The notes: generated by a model not told the origin, from the sequence alone. A DNA stretch of 64,000 nt from Clostridia bacterium (GCA_017505785.1 JAFVOQ010000061.1:62-64061); one strand, 5' to 3'. Numbered from the stretch's first letter, positions 19,410-30,029 are shown. Numbers and translations: made by a program.

Positions 19410-21818
19410 ATGTCAGAGCTAAATAAACGTTATCTTTTGGCAAAGCGCGCCTTGTTTGACCGTTATTACAGGTCGCTAAACAACGAGCAGCGCGAGGCAA
19501 TTTATCATATCAACAGTCCGTTGCTGATCTTGGCGGGTGCCGGTAGTGGAAAAACCACGGTGCTTGTTCATCGCATTGCATATATGATCCGGTTTGGAAA
19601 TGCATATCTTAGTGATTACGTTCCTTTTGACCTTGACCCTGCACACGTTGCAGTATTGGAAACGGCAGTGAATGCTGATATGAGCAAAAGCGAGCTTGAG
19701 GGGTTGCTTTCCGAATTTGCCAACAATCCGTGTCCCCCTTGGCGTATGCTTGCCATAACCTTTACCAATAAGGCTGCAGGTGAGATCAAGGCAAGACTTT
19801 CCGCCGCCTTTCCCGAGGATCCCGAGGTAACGACCGGTATTTGGGCGGGAACCTTTCACTCTGTTTGTATGCGTATCCTGCGTCGCTACAGTGAGGCAGC
19901 TGGACTGCGTGAGGGATTTTCTGTTTACGATGCGGATGACAGCAAAAAAGCCATACAGGCCGTTTTAAAGGAATTAAATATAGACGAAAAGGTGCTTTCG
20001 CACAAAACGGCTCTTACCTATATTAGCCGTGCAAAGGATAGAATGATCATGCCCGAGGTATTTGAGCTCGAAATGGGAAACGATCATCGAATGAAAACCA
20101 TAGCAAAGGTATACGCGGCGTATCAAAAACGCCTTGCCGCCTCCAATGCACTGGATTTTGATGATATCATTTGCCGCACGGTGCAGCTTTTAGAGCAAAA
20201 CAAGGAAATTTTGCAAAGCTATCAAAGCCAATTTCGATATGTTTCGGTTGACGAGTATCAGGATACCAACGAAGCACAGTTTCGCCTTACCGCTTTGCTT
20301 TCGGGTGGCTGGCGCAATTTAATGGTGGTTGGTGACGATGACCAAAGTATTTATAAGTTCCGCGGTGCAACCATTGCCAATATCTTGAACTTTGACCGTG
20401 TGTTCAGTGATGCCAAGGTCATCCGCCTTGAGCAGAATTACCGTTCTACACAATCTATTCTTGATGCCGCAAATGCAGTGATTGCACACAATCAGGGCAG
20501 AAAGGGAAAAACGCTTTGGACCGATCGCGGAAAGGGGAGTAAAATACATCTTTTAAATCCCGATCATCAAAATGCCGAAGCACGCGTGATTATCGATACG
20601 ATCGTGAGTAAGGTGGCAAAGGAAGGCTTGCATTACCGTGATTTTGCCGTTTTGTATCGCACTAACGCGCAATCGAACGCACTGGAAATGGCATTTGCAA
20701 GAAGTGCCATACCTTACCGCATGCTTGGTGGCATTCGATTCTCCGACCGCAAGGAAATTCGCGACCTGGTGGCTTACTTACAGCTTATCAACAATCACGA
20801 GGATCAAGACAGACTCCTGCGCATTGTGAATGAACCGCGCCGCAAGCTCGGGGACAAAACCTTGGCTGCCGTACAGGAGATCGCGGCGATCGAAGGTGTT
20901 AGCATGTTTGATATTATGGAGCGCGCAGATCAGTACATGGCGCTTTCTCGCTCCGCTGCAACACTGATCGGCTTCACAAAGCTTATCAATGAGCTGACAG
21001 CACTTTCAACCGTTATGGCGCTGGATGATTTTGTAAGGGAAGTGCTAACCCGCACGGGCTACCGCCAGATGATTGAGGATATGGGCCCTGAAGAAGCGGA
21101 CCGACTTGATAACCTTGACGAATTTATTTCAAACGTTGTGGAATATCAAAGCAATACCGACACCCCGTCGTTGGTTGAATTTCTTGAAGAAACTGCACTT
21201 GTTGCAGACGTAGATCGCTATGACGATACTGCGGATGCAGTTATCCTTATGACGATTCACAGCGCAAAGGGACTTGAGTTTCCTCAGGTCTTTTTGCCGG
21301 GCTTTGAGGAGGGAATATTCCCGGGACTTCAAACTGTAATGGGAGGCCCTGAGGAGATCGAGGAGGAGCGACGTTTGGCATATGTGGCGATCACGCGCGC
21401 AAAAAATGAATTGTATATTTTACACGCAAAATCACGTATGCTGTATGGTAGAACAGGTGCAAATCCGCCCTCACGTTTTCTTGCCGAAATCCCCGAAGAG
21501 CTGCTTGAATTGCCAAAGCCTGCTCATACTTGGGGAAATTCTACCGGATTTGCAGGACACGCTGTGGCAAGCGCACCGCAGCATAACGGCATGCGTGTGG
21601 CAGCTGCCGACCGCATCACTGTAGGTCCTACGCGCACACCTAAAGCCGAAAGCGCAGCATCTTTTGCAGCAGGGGACCGTGTGATGCATGCACTGTTTGG
21701 AAAAGGAGAGATTTTAGCAGTCCAAAAGATGGGCAGCGATTATCTCTATGAGATCGCTTTTGATACCAAGGGCACAAAGAAGCTCATGGAAACCTATGCG
21801 AAATTGAAAAAAATATAA
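19410..21818 (+). CDS. pcrA: ATP-dependent DNA helicase PcrA/UvrD
   Basis: LAGAGSGKT, TFTNKAA, VDEYQDTN, VGDDDQSIYKFRGA, MTIHSAKGLEF, EERRLAYVAITRA. Confidence 0.97.
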   Translation: MSELNKRYLLAKRALFDRYYRSLNNEQREAIYHINSPLLILAGAGSGKTTVLVHRIAYMIRFGNAYLSDYVPFDLDPAHVAVLETAVNADMSKSELEGLLSEFANNPCPPWRMLAITFTNKAAGEIKARLSAAFPEDPEVTTGIWAGTFHSVCMRILRRYSEAAGLREGFSVYDADDSKKAIQAVLKELNIDEKVLSHKTALTYISRAKDRMIMPEVFELEMGNDHRMKTIAKVYAAYQKRLAASNALDFDDIICRTVQLLEQNKEILQSYQSQFRYVSVDEYQDTNEAQFRLTALLSGGWRNLMVVGDDDQSIYKFRGATIANILNFDRVFSDAKVIRLEQNYRSTQSILDAANAVIAHNQGRKGKTLWTDRGKGSKIHLLNPDHQNAEARVIIDTIVSKVAKEGLHYRDFAVLYRTNAQSNALEMAFARSAIPYRMLGGIRFSDRKEIRDLVAYLQLINNHEDQDRLLRIVNEPRRKLGDKTLAAVQEIAAIEGVSMFDIMERADQYMALSRSAATLIGFTKLINELTALSTVMALDDFVREVLTRTGYRQMIEDMGPEEADRLDNLDEFISNVVEYQSNTDTPSLVEFLEETALVADVDRYDDTADAVILMTIHSAKGLEFPQVFLPGFEEGIFPGLQTVMGGPEEIEEERRLAYVAITRAKNELYILHAKSRMLYGRTGANPPSRFLAEIPEELLELPKPAHTWGNSTGFAGHAVASAPQHNGMRVAAADRITVGPTRTPKAESAASFAAGDRVMHALFGKGEILAVQKMGSDYLYEIAFDTKGTKKLMETYAKLKKI

Positions 21819-21832
21819 AACGAGGTCGCATT

Positions 21833-22501
21833 ATGAAAGAAAATAAGTTTTCATTTAAGGAAATCAAGTATCTTGCTTTTGTTTCATCCATACTGGCAAT
21901 GATCTTCTTTGTTTTGACTTGTGTAGTGAAAAGCAAGGGGCTTTCGATCTTTTTTGGCGTTATGGCGGGAGTTAGCTTGCTGGGCGGCTGTGTGTGTCTG
22001 TATCTTGCACACCGCATTTCGAAAACGCACACCAATTATTTTTTGTACGACCGTCGCAGAGGGATAACCCTCACTCCCGACGAGCTTACCTTTGCCTTTA
22101 TCAACGATAATCTTACATATTACATCTCTGCCTACGCGGAAAATTCTCTTGACCTGTGGAACGGGATCCCGAAAAATCTTGAAATGGCAATGCAGGCAGA
22201 GCCCGCTTACAGAACCCCCATAGCTTTTCGAATGCTTTATGACATGTCACAGCTTTCCGAAAATGACGTTTTGGCACTTTTTCATGCTTCTGACAAAAAA
22301 ACAGTTGCGGCTGTTTGCCGCGCTGTCAAGGCAGGCGGTGACAAGGAAATGGCAGATGTTATTTTTGAAATGAAATGTGATTTTGAACGTCTGCAAGCCC
22401 GTGTAGCACCGTTTTTTCAAAAAAACAAACGCTGCTTTGAGGGTAGGATCTATCACTATATCAAGCAGCATATTGAAGAATTTGATGCCGAAAAAAAATA
22501 A
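21833..22501 (+). CDS. hypothetical protein, 2 N-terminal TM helices plus soluble domain
   Basis: 222-aa ORF with GAGG RBS directly after pcrA. Confidence 0.75.
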   Translation: MKENKFSFKEIKYLAFVSSILAMIFFVLTCVVKSKGLSIFFGVMAGVSLLGGCVCLYLAHRISKTHTNYFLYDRRRGITLTPDELTFAFINDNLTYYISAYAENSLDLWNGIPKNLEMAMQAEPAYRTPIAFRMLYDMSQLSENDVLALFHASDKKTVAAVCRAVKAGGDKEMADVIFEMKCDFERLQARVAPFFQKNKRCFEGRIYHYIKQHIEEFDAEKK

Positions 22502-22509
22502 ATGCAATA

Positions 22510-22560
22510 AAAAAGAAGGGGCTGCCGCAAATTGCAAATTTGAGGCAGCCCCTTCTTTTT
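22510..22560. terminator. terminator hairpin built from the GGGGCTGnCGCAAAT repeat
   Basis: aaaaagaaggggctgccgcaaattgcaaatttgaggcagccccttcttttt. Confidence 0.8.
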
Positions 22561-22635
22561 GCGCCAAAAATTGCGTTGTGTTAAAAAAAAGAAGCGACAC
22601 AAAATAGTATAAGAAATACAGGAAGGAGAACAGTA

Positions 22636-23421
22636 ATGAAAAAAATTATATCATTTTTATGCATGTTAACGCTTTGTGTTAGCGTGTTGTGGTGTGAGAT
22701 CTATGCTGTGCCCACCAAGGAAATTCATTGGTATACTACAAGAAATAAGGATCACAAGCAAGCTTTAGTTCCACCCGATCTTTCCTTTGTAGAAAACCAC
22801 GGCGGCGTTTATATTGATCATAGGCATGACGATAGCAATCCCGACAAGGTGGTATACCTTACTTTCGATGTGGGATACGAGAACGGCAACGTAGAAAAAA
22901 CGCTAAATACACTAAAGGAAACGCAAACACCGGGTGCTTTTTTCGTTTTAAAGCATTTTGTAACAAAAAACAGTGATTTGCTTCTTCGCATGGCGGAAGA
23001 AGGGCATTTAATTTGCAATCATACTGCAAGCCATCCCAATCTTGCAAACGCTTCAAAGGAAAAAATCAAGGAGGAGATCATTTCACTTGAAAAAGCAGTA
23101 GAAGCGGTTACGGGAAGCGGTACCAAGCCTTATTTTAGGCCTCCTGAGGGTAGCTTTTCACTTGAAATGCTGGAAACGGTGCAATCCATTGGCTATAAAA
23201 CCGTATTCTGGAGCTTTGCCTATGCAGATTGGGATAACAACAAGCAACCGCAGCCTTCCGCGGCACTTTCACAGATCCTCACACACATGCACAACGGCGC
23301 CGTGATACTTCTGCATCCAACCTCCGCCACAAATGCCGAAATTTTACCCGAGTTGATCAGCACCTTAAAAAATGAGGGGTACCGCTTTGGTACGCTTGAT
23401 GAATTATGCTTTGCAAGGTAA
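22636..23421 (+). CDS. pdaA: PdaA-type polysaccharide deacetylase (spore cortex muramic delta-lactam synthesis)
   Basis: YLTFDVGYENG (PdaA-like variant), NHTASHP, YFRPPEG, WSFAYADW, HNGAVILLH. Confidence 0.85.
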   Translation: MKKIISFLCMLTLCVSVLWCEIYAVPTKEIHWYTTRNKDHKQALVPPDLSFVENHGGVYIDHRHDDSNPDKVVYLTFDVGYENGNVEKTLNTLKETQTPGAFFVLKHFVTKNSDLLLRMAEEGHLICNHTASHPNLANASKEKIKEEIISLEKAVEAVTGSGTKPYFRPPEGSFSLEMLETVQSIGYKTVFWSFAYADWDNNKQPQPSAALSQILTHMHNGAVILLHPTSATNAEILPELISTLKNEGYRFGTLDELCFAR

Positions 23422-24104
23422 AAAGCAAACGTGCTCTTGCGCTGATATTGGCGATATTCCTGTTATTCCTATTTTCAATTCAATCCTTTGCCACACCTAA
23501 GATCGTATATCGCCATACAGGCAACAGTGAAAAGAAAAGAGTGGCACTCACCTTTGACGACGGTCCGCATCCACGTTATACGCCAAAAATTCTTGATATT
23601 TTAGCAGAGTTTGGTGTGGAAGCAACCTTTTTTGCGGTAGGTGCTAATGTAGAAGCCTATCCTCAAATTGTAAAAAGAGAATTGGCGGAAGGGCACGAGA
23701 TCGGCAATCACACCTATCATCACTATCATACCGTCAATACAAACGGCAGTATTTTGGTTGAGGATATTTTGTCCTGCAGTGATGCCATTCAAAAATGCAC
23801 AGGGGAGGATGTGCATCTTTTTCGCCCACCGGAAGGCGTATTTAATGAGGATATTAAAAGGCTGTGTGAAGAAAAGGGTTATATCATCGTAATGTGGAGC
23901 GTGGACACAAGGGATTGGGCGCATACGCCAATTGAAGAAATTTGTAAAAACGTGAAAGAGAATGTTAAGGACGGTTCTATTATCTTAATGCACGATTTTA
24001 TCGGTAAAAACAGTCCGACCCCTGCAGTGCTTCGGCGAATCATACCGATGCTACAGGAGTCGGGATTTGAATTTGTAACGGTTAGTCGTTTGCTTCAGGG
24101 GTGA
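23406..24104 (+). CDS. polysaccharide deacetylase (CE4, PdaB-like)
   Basis: Signal/TM, ALTFDDGPHP, GNHTYHH, FRPPEG, WSVDTRDW, IILMHD. Confidence 0.9.
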   Translation: MLCKVKSKRALALILAIFLLFLFSIQSFATPKIVYRHTGNSEKKRVALTFDDGPHPRYTPKILDILAEFGVEATFFAVGANVEAYPQIVKRELAEGHEIGNHTYHHYHTVNTNGSILVEDILSCSDAIQKCTGEDVHLFRPPEGVFNEDIKRLCEEKGYIIVMWSVDTRDWAHTPIEEICKNVKENVKDGSIILMHDFIGKNSPTPAVLRRIIPMLQESGFEFVTVSRLLQG

Positions 24105-25053
24105 TGACTTCGGATGCATCCTCACTACTGTCGCTTGTTTCATACGGGTCGATCATGTATCGCTTGATATTGGGATAAGCGGCATACATAGAAATAAAGC
24201 CAAGCAAGGCCAAAAGATAAAAGAAGGGTAGAACAAGCGGCACAGAGAAGCCAACAGAAAGCCCCCAGAAAATAGCCACGATATTCAATACCAGAATAGC
24301 AAAAATTCCAAGAACTGCTATAAGGTTTCGTTTAAAGCCAAGCATGGTAAAGATCAGGGCATTTTTGAATAATTTATAGATCGAAAGATCGAACGTGATC
24401 ATCATGGGGTAAATATAGAAGCGCATCACGAGATAAATAATCCCGAGTGCCAATACAAGCCCGTACATTAAGCTGTACCCTAAATTCGTGGATAGAGGAA
24501 AGAAAAACAGGATATCGCAAAGCAACACAAAGATAATCAGAAGATCAAGAATACCAAACAAAAACGCTTGCTTAAAATTACGGCGCACGGCATAAAAATA
24601 ATCCGACCATAAAAATGTTGAGTCACCGCGAACCAAGCTGCGCATGTTATAAGCGGCACCAACATTCTGCCAGCCCCATGTAAGCACGGTAAGAGCGATC
24701 ATGCTACCAATGACGATCAAACGTCCCATTGTCATAACAGGAACATTTAGCTGTTGACCAAACGCACCGAGTAAAGTAGCGGCAGCGGGTGAGCCGCCTG
24801 CAATATATGTACCAAGTAAGGGCGCATAAGCCGCATGCTCAACGGTTGGTGTGGTGGCACCGAAGAAATAAACCAAAATGGCGACGACAATAGGAATGAT
24901 CTGAAAAACCATCATTAAATTGAGTGTTAAAAGCTTTGCAGCCTTTCGCCAAAGGAGCTTAAAGAAAAATTTGAGCGTTGGCGTGGTATCCTCTGCCACA
25001 GCATCAGGGCGTTCTTTGTTAAAAAAGGACCACGGTTTTTGTGTGTTTCCCAT
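24082..25053 (-). CDS. DUF624/YesL-like membrane protein
   Basis: 'KFFFKLLWRK..L..LNL' N-terminus, 'RRNFKQAFLFG', 'YIYPMMITFDL..YKLFKNA' pattern. Confidence 0.75.
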   Translation of the reverse strand: MGNTQKPWSFFNKERPDAVAEDTTPTLKFFFKLLWRKAAKLLTLNLMMVFQIIPIVVAILVYFFGATTPTVEHAAYAPLLGTYIAGGSPAAATLLGAFGQQLNVPVMTMGRLIVIGSMIALTVLTWGWQNVGAAYNMRSLVRGDSTFLWSDYFYAVRRNFKQAFLFGILDLLIIFVLLCDILFFFPLSTNLGYSLMYGLVLALGIIYLVMRFYIYPMMITFDLSIYKLFKNALIFTMLGFKRNLIAVLGIFAILVLNIVAIFWGLSVGFSVPLVLPFFYLLALLGFISMYAAYPNIKRYMIDPYETSDSSEDASEVITPEAND

Positions 25054-25074
25054 ATTTTTTCCTTTCCGTTAAAA

Positions 25075-25605
25075 TCAAAGAGCCGGCATAAGCGCCAGCA
25101 AATGCGGCCAAAGTAGATAAAGAAGCGTAGCCAATGCAATCAAAAGCAGCGACTCTATTAGATATTTTGCAAACGGCTTTGAAAGAATCAGTACAAGATC
25201 GCGCGCGTTACTTTCAAAGGAAAACCGAGCTGCATTTGTTGCCGCAAGTAAAAACAAAACAAATGAGGCGGCTGTCAGAAAAAAACAACCGTTCCATTCC
25301 CAAAAGCCGACATATCCGCCTTTCACAAAAAAAGTAATGCGAAACATCAGCTGTGCATCATAAAATCCTTTTATGGCAGTTAAAATCAAAAGATAGGTGT
25401 TGCTTACCGTCAAAAGTGCGGCACCCGCTGCAAGCAGCACAAATAAAAAAGCCATAACCTCAAGGCGCGCCGTGAAGAAAAGCGCAACGCCACGTAAAGC
25501 GGTTAGTACACCAATTATAACAGCGGAAGCATAAAACAGCATATACCGAATGGCAAGTCGTGCACCAAGGTTTTCATAGCTTGTAGGTACAAAGCCCTTC
25601 ATCAT
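25075..25605 (-). CDS. membrane protein, possibly SpoIIM-like
   Basis: 176 aa, ~5 TM, 'LLILTAIKGF' motif; sigmaE-like promoter upstream. Confidence 0.5.
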   Translation of the reverse strand: MMKGFVPTSYENLGARLAIRYMLFYASAVIIGVLTALRGVALFFTARLEVMAFLFVLLAAGAALLTVSNTYLLILTAIKGFYDAQLMFRITFFVKGGYVGFWEWNGCFFLTAASFVLFLLAATNAARFSFESNARDLVLILSKPFAKYLIESLLLIALATLLYLLWPHLLALMPAL

Positions 25606-25619
25606 GTCACCCCCAAAAC

Positions 25620-25649
25620 ACTATATGGGGAACACAGCTTTTCCTATAC
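25620..25649 (-). promoter_or_regulatory. sigmaE-like promoter
   Basis: GTATA-17-CATATAGT on the minus strand. Confidence 0.45.
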
Positions 25650-25734
25650 CATACAAATTATTATAATATATTATAACATATTACAGCAAAAAAATCAACG
25701 GGTTGCTCGGGAAAAGAACTGAAAAACAGATGAA

Positions 25735-25771
25735 AAGTGGCTGTCGGAAATTTCAACAGCCACTTCATTTT
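25735..25771 (-). terminator. terminator after clpX
   Basis: aagtggctgt/acagccactt stem. Confidence 0.65.
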
Positions 25772-27091
25772 TTATTCTGCCGCAGGAAGCACATCTCGCA
25801 ATAAAATATATTGCGGCTTTTCCTTACCTTTGACCGATTTCGGTGTGATACGCACCTCGGCTACGTCCTTGCGTGCAGGGATCTCATACATCGTGCTCAG
25901 CATCAGGTTTTCCATAATGGCACGCAGGCCGCGTGCACCGGTGTTGCGTTCAAGTGCCAACTCGGCGATCGCCTCAAGTGCCCCCTTTGCAAAGGAAAGC
26001 TTTACTCCGTCCATTTCAAAAAGCTTTTCATATTGACGTACAAGAGAGTTTTTTGGCTCGCTGATGATGCGCACCAAGGCATCGCGGTCAAGCTCATCGA
26101 GAGAAACGATCACAGGCACACGCCCCACAAGCTCAGGGATAAGGCCATATTTTACAATATCCTGTGGCAATACATCGCGGTAAAGCCCCGCCTTTTTCTT
26201 TTCGGCTTTCTTGAGAATCTCACCGCCAAATCCAACGGTTTGGTTGCCCTTGCGCTTTTCAATCAGCGTTTCAAGCCCCTCAAAGGCACCGCCGCAGATG
26301 AAGAGAATATTCTTTGTGTTGATCTGGATAAATTCCTGATTCGGGTGTTTTCTGCCACCCTGCGGAGGAACATTTGCAACAGTTCCCTCAAGAATTTTCA
26401 AAAGTGCCTGTTGCACGCCCTCGCCCGATACATCTCGAGTGATAGAACGGTTTTCGCTTTTGCGCGCGATCTTATCGATCTCGTCGATATAAATAATACC
26501 GCGTTCGGCAAGCGTAATATCAAAATCCGCTGCTTGAATTAAACGAAGGAGAATATTCTCCACGTCCTCGCCTACGTAACCCGCCTCGGTAAGTGTAGTA
26601 GCATCCGCAATAGCAAAGGGAACACGCAATGTTTTGGCAAGCGTTTGTGCAAGATAGGTTTTACCGACACCGGTAGGCCCAAGTAAAAGCACGTTGCTTT
26701 TCTGAAGCTCAACCTCATCGCTTTCTACTGTAACCGCAGCTTTTCCGCGGCGTTTTTTATTGCCTGAATTGTTTTTTTCGGTGTGTAGGATACGTTTGTA
26801 ATGATTGTAGACAGCAACGGAAAGAGCGATCTTTGCATCATCCTGTCCAATGACGTATTCGTCAAGCGCCGCCTTGATCTGCGTGGGGCGGGGAAGCGTA
26901 TCGGCAGTAAAATTGTTGTCTGCCGTGCTCGGTGCTTCAATATCGTCAAGAAGATCGGCACACGCATCTACGCAATAATTACAAATATAAAGCCCTGTGG
27001 TAGAGGGAATGAGAATAGCTTGATGCTCATTTCTGCCGCAGAAAGAGCAATGGCGGGCGCCGTTACCCTTGCCCGAGGTTGTATTTGCCAT
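25772..27091 (-). CDS. clpX: ATP-dependent Clp protease ATP-binding subunit ClpX
   Basis: CSFCG...ICNYC zinc domain, [35 protein letters not shown]. Confidence 0.98.
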   Translation of the reverse strand: MANTTSGKGNGARHCSFCGRNEHQAILIPSTTGLYICNYCVDACADLLDDIEAPSTADNNFTADTLPRPTQIKAALDEYVIGQDDAKIALSVAVYNHYKRILHTEKNNSGNKKRRGKAAVTVESDEVELQKSNVLLLGPTGVGKTYLAQTLAKTLRVPFAIADATTLTEAGYVGEDVENILLRLIQAADFDITLAERGIIYIDEIDKIARKSENRSITRDVSGEGVQQALLKILEGTVANVPPQGGRKHPNQEFIQINTKNILFICGGAFEGLETLIEKRKGNQTVGFGGEILKKAEKKKAGLYRDVLPQDIVKYGLIPELVGRVPVIVSLDELDRDALVRIISEPKNSLVRQYEKLFEMDGVKLSFAKGALEAIAELALERNTGARGLRAIMENLMLSTMYEIPARKDVAEVRITPKSVKGKEKPQYILLRDVLPAAE

Positions 27092-27102
27092 AGTTACCTC
27101 AC

Positions 27103-27708
27103 TTAATTTCTTTTTGCAAGAACCTTATCAACAAGACCGTAAGCAAGTGCCTGATCCGCTGTCATAAAGTTGTCGCGATCTGTATCGCGTGCGATCTCCT
27201 CAATGCTCTTGCCGGTGTTCTCGGCAAGGATGCGATTGAGCGTATCGCGCGTGCGCAGAATAAGATCTGCTTGGATCTTAATATCCGAAGCTTGACCCTT
27301 TGCACCACCAAGAGGCTGGTGAATCATAATTTCACTGTTTGGCAGCGCAAGACGCTTTCCCTTGGTACCGGAGGACAGTAGGAATGCGCCCATGGATGCA
27401 GCCATGCCAATGCAAATGGTTGATACGTCACACTTAATGTAATTCATAGTATCGTAAATTGCCATGCCTGCCGTAACAGATCCGCCCGGGCTGTTGATAT
27501 AAAAGCTGATATCCTTGTCAGGATCCTGTGCCTCCAAAAAAAGCATTTGTGCTACTACAAGCGAAGCGGTGGTGTCGTTCACTTCATCGGAGAGAAATAC
27601 GATGCGGTCATTGAGAAGTCGCGAGAAAATGTCATAGGAGCGCTCGCCGCGACCGGTTTGCTCCACTACCATGGGAACAAGTGCGCTGTTTCGGAAAAAA
27701 TCCATCAT
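27103..27708 (-). CDS. clpP: Clp protease proteolytic subunit
   Basis: [32 protein letters not shown]. Confidence 0.98.
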   Translation of the reverse strand: MMDFFRNSALVPMVVEQTGRGERSYDIFSRLLNDRIVFLSDEVNDTTASLVVAQMLFLEAQDPDKDISFYINSPGGSVTAGMAIYDTMNYIKCDVSTICIGMAASMGAFLLSSGTKGKRLALPNSEIMIHQPLGGAKGQASDIKIQADLILRTRDTLNRILAENTGKSIEEIARDTDRDNFMTADQALAYGLVDKVLAKRN

Positions 27709-27755
27709 AATTCTTTCAAAACCTCCGTTTTTTGATATTTTAAATATAGAACCTT

Positions 27756-27783
27756 ATAGCCGCGACAAATGCCGCGGCTATAA
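27756..27783 (-). terminator. hairpin after tig
   Basis: ttatagccgcg-8-cgcggctataa (about 27754-27783). Confidence 0.55.
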
Positions 27784-27797
27784 GGAATATCGGGGAA

Positions 27798-29198
27798 TTA
27801 CTCCTCGGTTTTTTCTTCAGTCTTTTCTTCGACCTTTTCTTCAGTCTTTGCCGCAGTCTTTTTTGCGGTAGTCTTTCTCGTGGTCGTAGTCTTCTTAGCA
27901 GGTGCCTTTTTCGGCTTCTCCTCGGTTACCACGGCCTTTTCGCGAACGAGATCCATGGTCTTTTTCACCTTGATATCCTCGCTGATCGCATCGGTGGGAA
28001 GGCTTTCCTTCACCTGATCGACAGGCATATTGTATGCAGCGGCAATGCGATCATATTCGGCATTCAGATCCTCTTCGGTTACCTCAACCTTTTCAAGCTC
28101 GGCAATCTTTTCAAGAGCCAAGCGTGCCTTTACCTGACGCTCAGCCTGGGGACGGAATTGCTCACGCATCTTCTCAAGCGTCATGCCGGTGTATTTCATA
28201 TAGGTGTTGAGGTCAAGACCGGACATACGCAGGCGATTGTCATAATCGCGCAGGAAGTTTTCAGCTTCAGCATCGAACATGGGAGCAGGAATATCTGCCT
28301 CCATTTTTTCGATCAACGCATCGATAAGCTGCTCGCCAATTTCAGCATCGGCAGAATCAGCATGTCTTTTTTCAATTTTTGCCTTAATGTCAGCTTTGTA
28401 TTCGGCAAAGGTATCAAATTCAGAAACATCCTTTGCAAAATCGTCGTCAAGCTCAGGGAGCTCTACGCGGGTAAGTGCGTGCAGCTTGCACTTGAAGGTT
28501 GCTTCCTTACCTGCAAGCTCAGGCGCATGATACTCGGTGGGGAAGGTAACGTTTACGTCAAACTCATCGTCGATCTTGTGACCTACGATCTGCTCCTCAA
28601 AACCGGGAATAAAGGTGTTAGAGCCAAGCTTCAGCGCGTAATCCTCGCCCTTGCCGCCATCAAACGCCTTACCGTCACAGAAGCCCTCATAATCGATCAC
28701 GGCAGTATCGCCCATTTCAGCGGCACGGCCCATGACCTCTGACTCGCGAGAGTTGCGCTCGCGAACGGTATTGATCTCAGCATCGACCTCGGCGTCTGTT
28801 ACGGGAGCAATGGTGCGCTTTGCTTCAAGACCGAAATAGTCCTTTACAGAAACCTCAGGCTTAACAAAAACCTTTGCAGAAAGCACAAGACCGTTGTCAT
28901 CGATCGAAACAACGTCAAAATCGGGCTGTGCAACAGGCGTGATGCCGGCTTCGGTTACAGCATCGCTGTACACACCGGGAATAATATCGTTGATAGCGGT
29001 TTCATAGAACACGCCCTTGCCGTACATTTTTTCAATGATAGCACGGGGAGCCTTGCCCTTGCGGAAACCGGGTACACTGATCTTTTTGCTTTCCTTTTGA
29101 AACGCTTTGTTTACAGCCTCATCAAAAGCAGCCTTATCAACCGAGATCTCAAGCTCATATTTGCTGTTCTCGATTTTTTCAGCCTTTAACAATTTCAT
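27798..29198 (-). CDS. tig: trigger factor with Lys/Thr/Ala-rich C-terminal tail
   Basis: VPGFRKGKAP, FKBP domain LGSNTFIPGFEEQ, FPTEYHA; ATG 29198 after GGAGG. Confidence 0.97.
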   Translation of the reverse strand: MKLLKAEKIENSKYELEISVDKAAFDEAVNKAFQKESKKISVPGFRKGKAPRAIIEKMYGKGVFYETAINDIIPGVYSDAVTEAGITPVAQPDFDVVSIDDNGLVLSAKVFVKPEVSVKDYFGLEAKRTIAPVTDAEVDAEINTVRERNSRESEVMGRAAEMGDTAVIDYEGFCDGKAFDGGKGEDYALKLGSNTFIPGFEEQIVGHKIDDEFDVNVTFPTEYHAPELAGKEATFKCKLHALTRVELPELDDDFAKDVSEFDTFAEYKADIKAKIEKRHADSADAEIGEQLIDALIEKMEADIPAPMFDAEAENFLRDYDNRLRMSGLDLNTYMKYTGMTLEKMREQFRPQAERQVKARLALEKIAELEKVEVTEEDLNAEYDRIAAAYNMPVDQVKESLPTDAISEDIKVKKTMDLVREKAVVTEEKPKKAPAKKTTTTRKTTAKKTAAKTEEKVEEKTEEKTEE

Positions 29199-29291
29199 TT
29201 TTTCTTCCTCCAAAGATTGAAAATTCACACAAAGTATATTTTAACGATTTAAAACCGTTTTGTCAAGTGTTTTCTACAAAATAATATAATG

Positions 29292-30029
29292 TTATAGCTC
29301 GATTTGAGGGAAAATACGGTGTGGCAGAAAATTAAGGTAATCAGAGGATATCAAAAACAGCCCCAGCCCCTCGTGAGTCTGCCCTGTCGGGGCAGCGTAC
29401 GTACCGTGAATATGTCCGAAATAGCAACGCTTTACACCGTATGCCTTCATGAGCTCGAGCATTTCGGCACAAACAAAATCACCCCAAAGAGGAGGAAAGT
29501 GCAGAAATACCAAAATTTCCTTATTAGCGTTTTCTTCGACCTGTAATTTTTTTGCCATATCAAGGCTCAGCTTCAAACGCTGTAGCTCGCGGTTTGAAAT
29601 TTTTTCGTAATCTACATTTCCCACGGTGATCTGCTGTGTTTTCTCAAGAAACCAGCCGCGTGTACCGCAAACAATAAAATCCTCTACAACATAGGCGTTA
29701 TTATAAAGTAGGGAAAGCGTGTGAAAACCGCACTCCTCAAAAAACCTACCGCATTTTGCGGCGGTATCCCACCAAAAATCGTGATTACCTTTACCAAGCA
29801 GCTTTTTTCCGGGGAGGGAATCAATGAGCGCGAAATCCTCCCTCGCGCCTGCAAGATTCATTGCCCAAGAGATATCTCCCGGTATTACGACAGTATCCTC
29901 ATCCTTTACAACAGCGCGCCAATTCTTAGATAGCTTTTTCATATAGTCCTGCCATCTTGAGCCAAATACGTCCATTGGGTGATCGGACGCGACCGAAAGA
30001 TGCAGATCGGCTATGGTAAACAGTGACAT
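29292..30029 (-). CDS. calcineurin-like metallophosphoesterase
   Basis: IADLHL, PGDISWA, KGNHDFW, FLHFPP, YFGHIH. Confidence 0.92.
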   Translation of the reverse strand: MSLFTIADLHLSVASDHPMDVFGSRWQDYMKKLSKNWRAVVKDEDTVVIPGDISWAMNLAGAREDFALIDSLPGKKLLGKGNHDFWWDTAAKCGRFFEECGFHTLSLLYNNAYVVEDFIVCGTRGWFLEKTQQITVGNVDYEKISNRELQRLKLSLDMAKKLQVEENANKEILVFLHFPPLWGDFVCAEMLELMKAYGVKRCYFGHIHGTYAAPTGQTHEGLGLFLISSDYLNFLPHRIFPQIEL

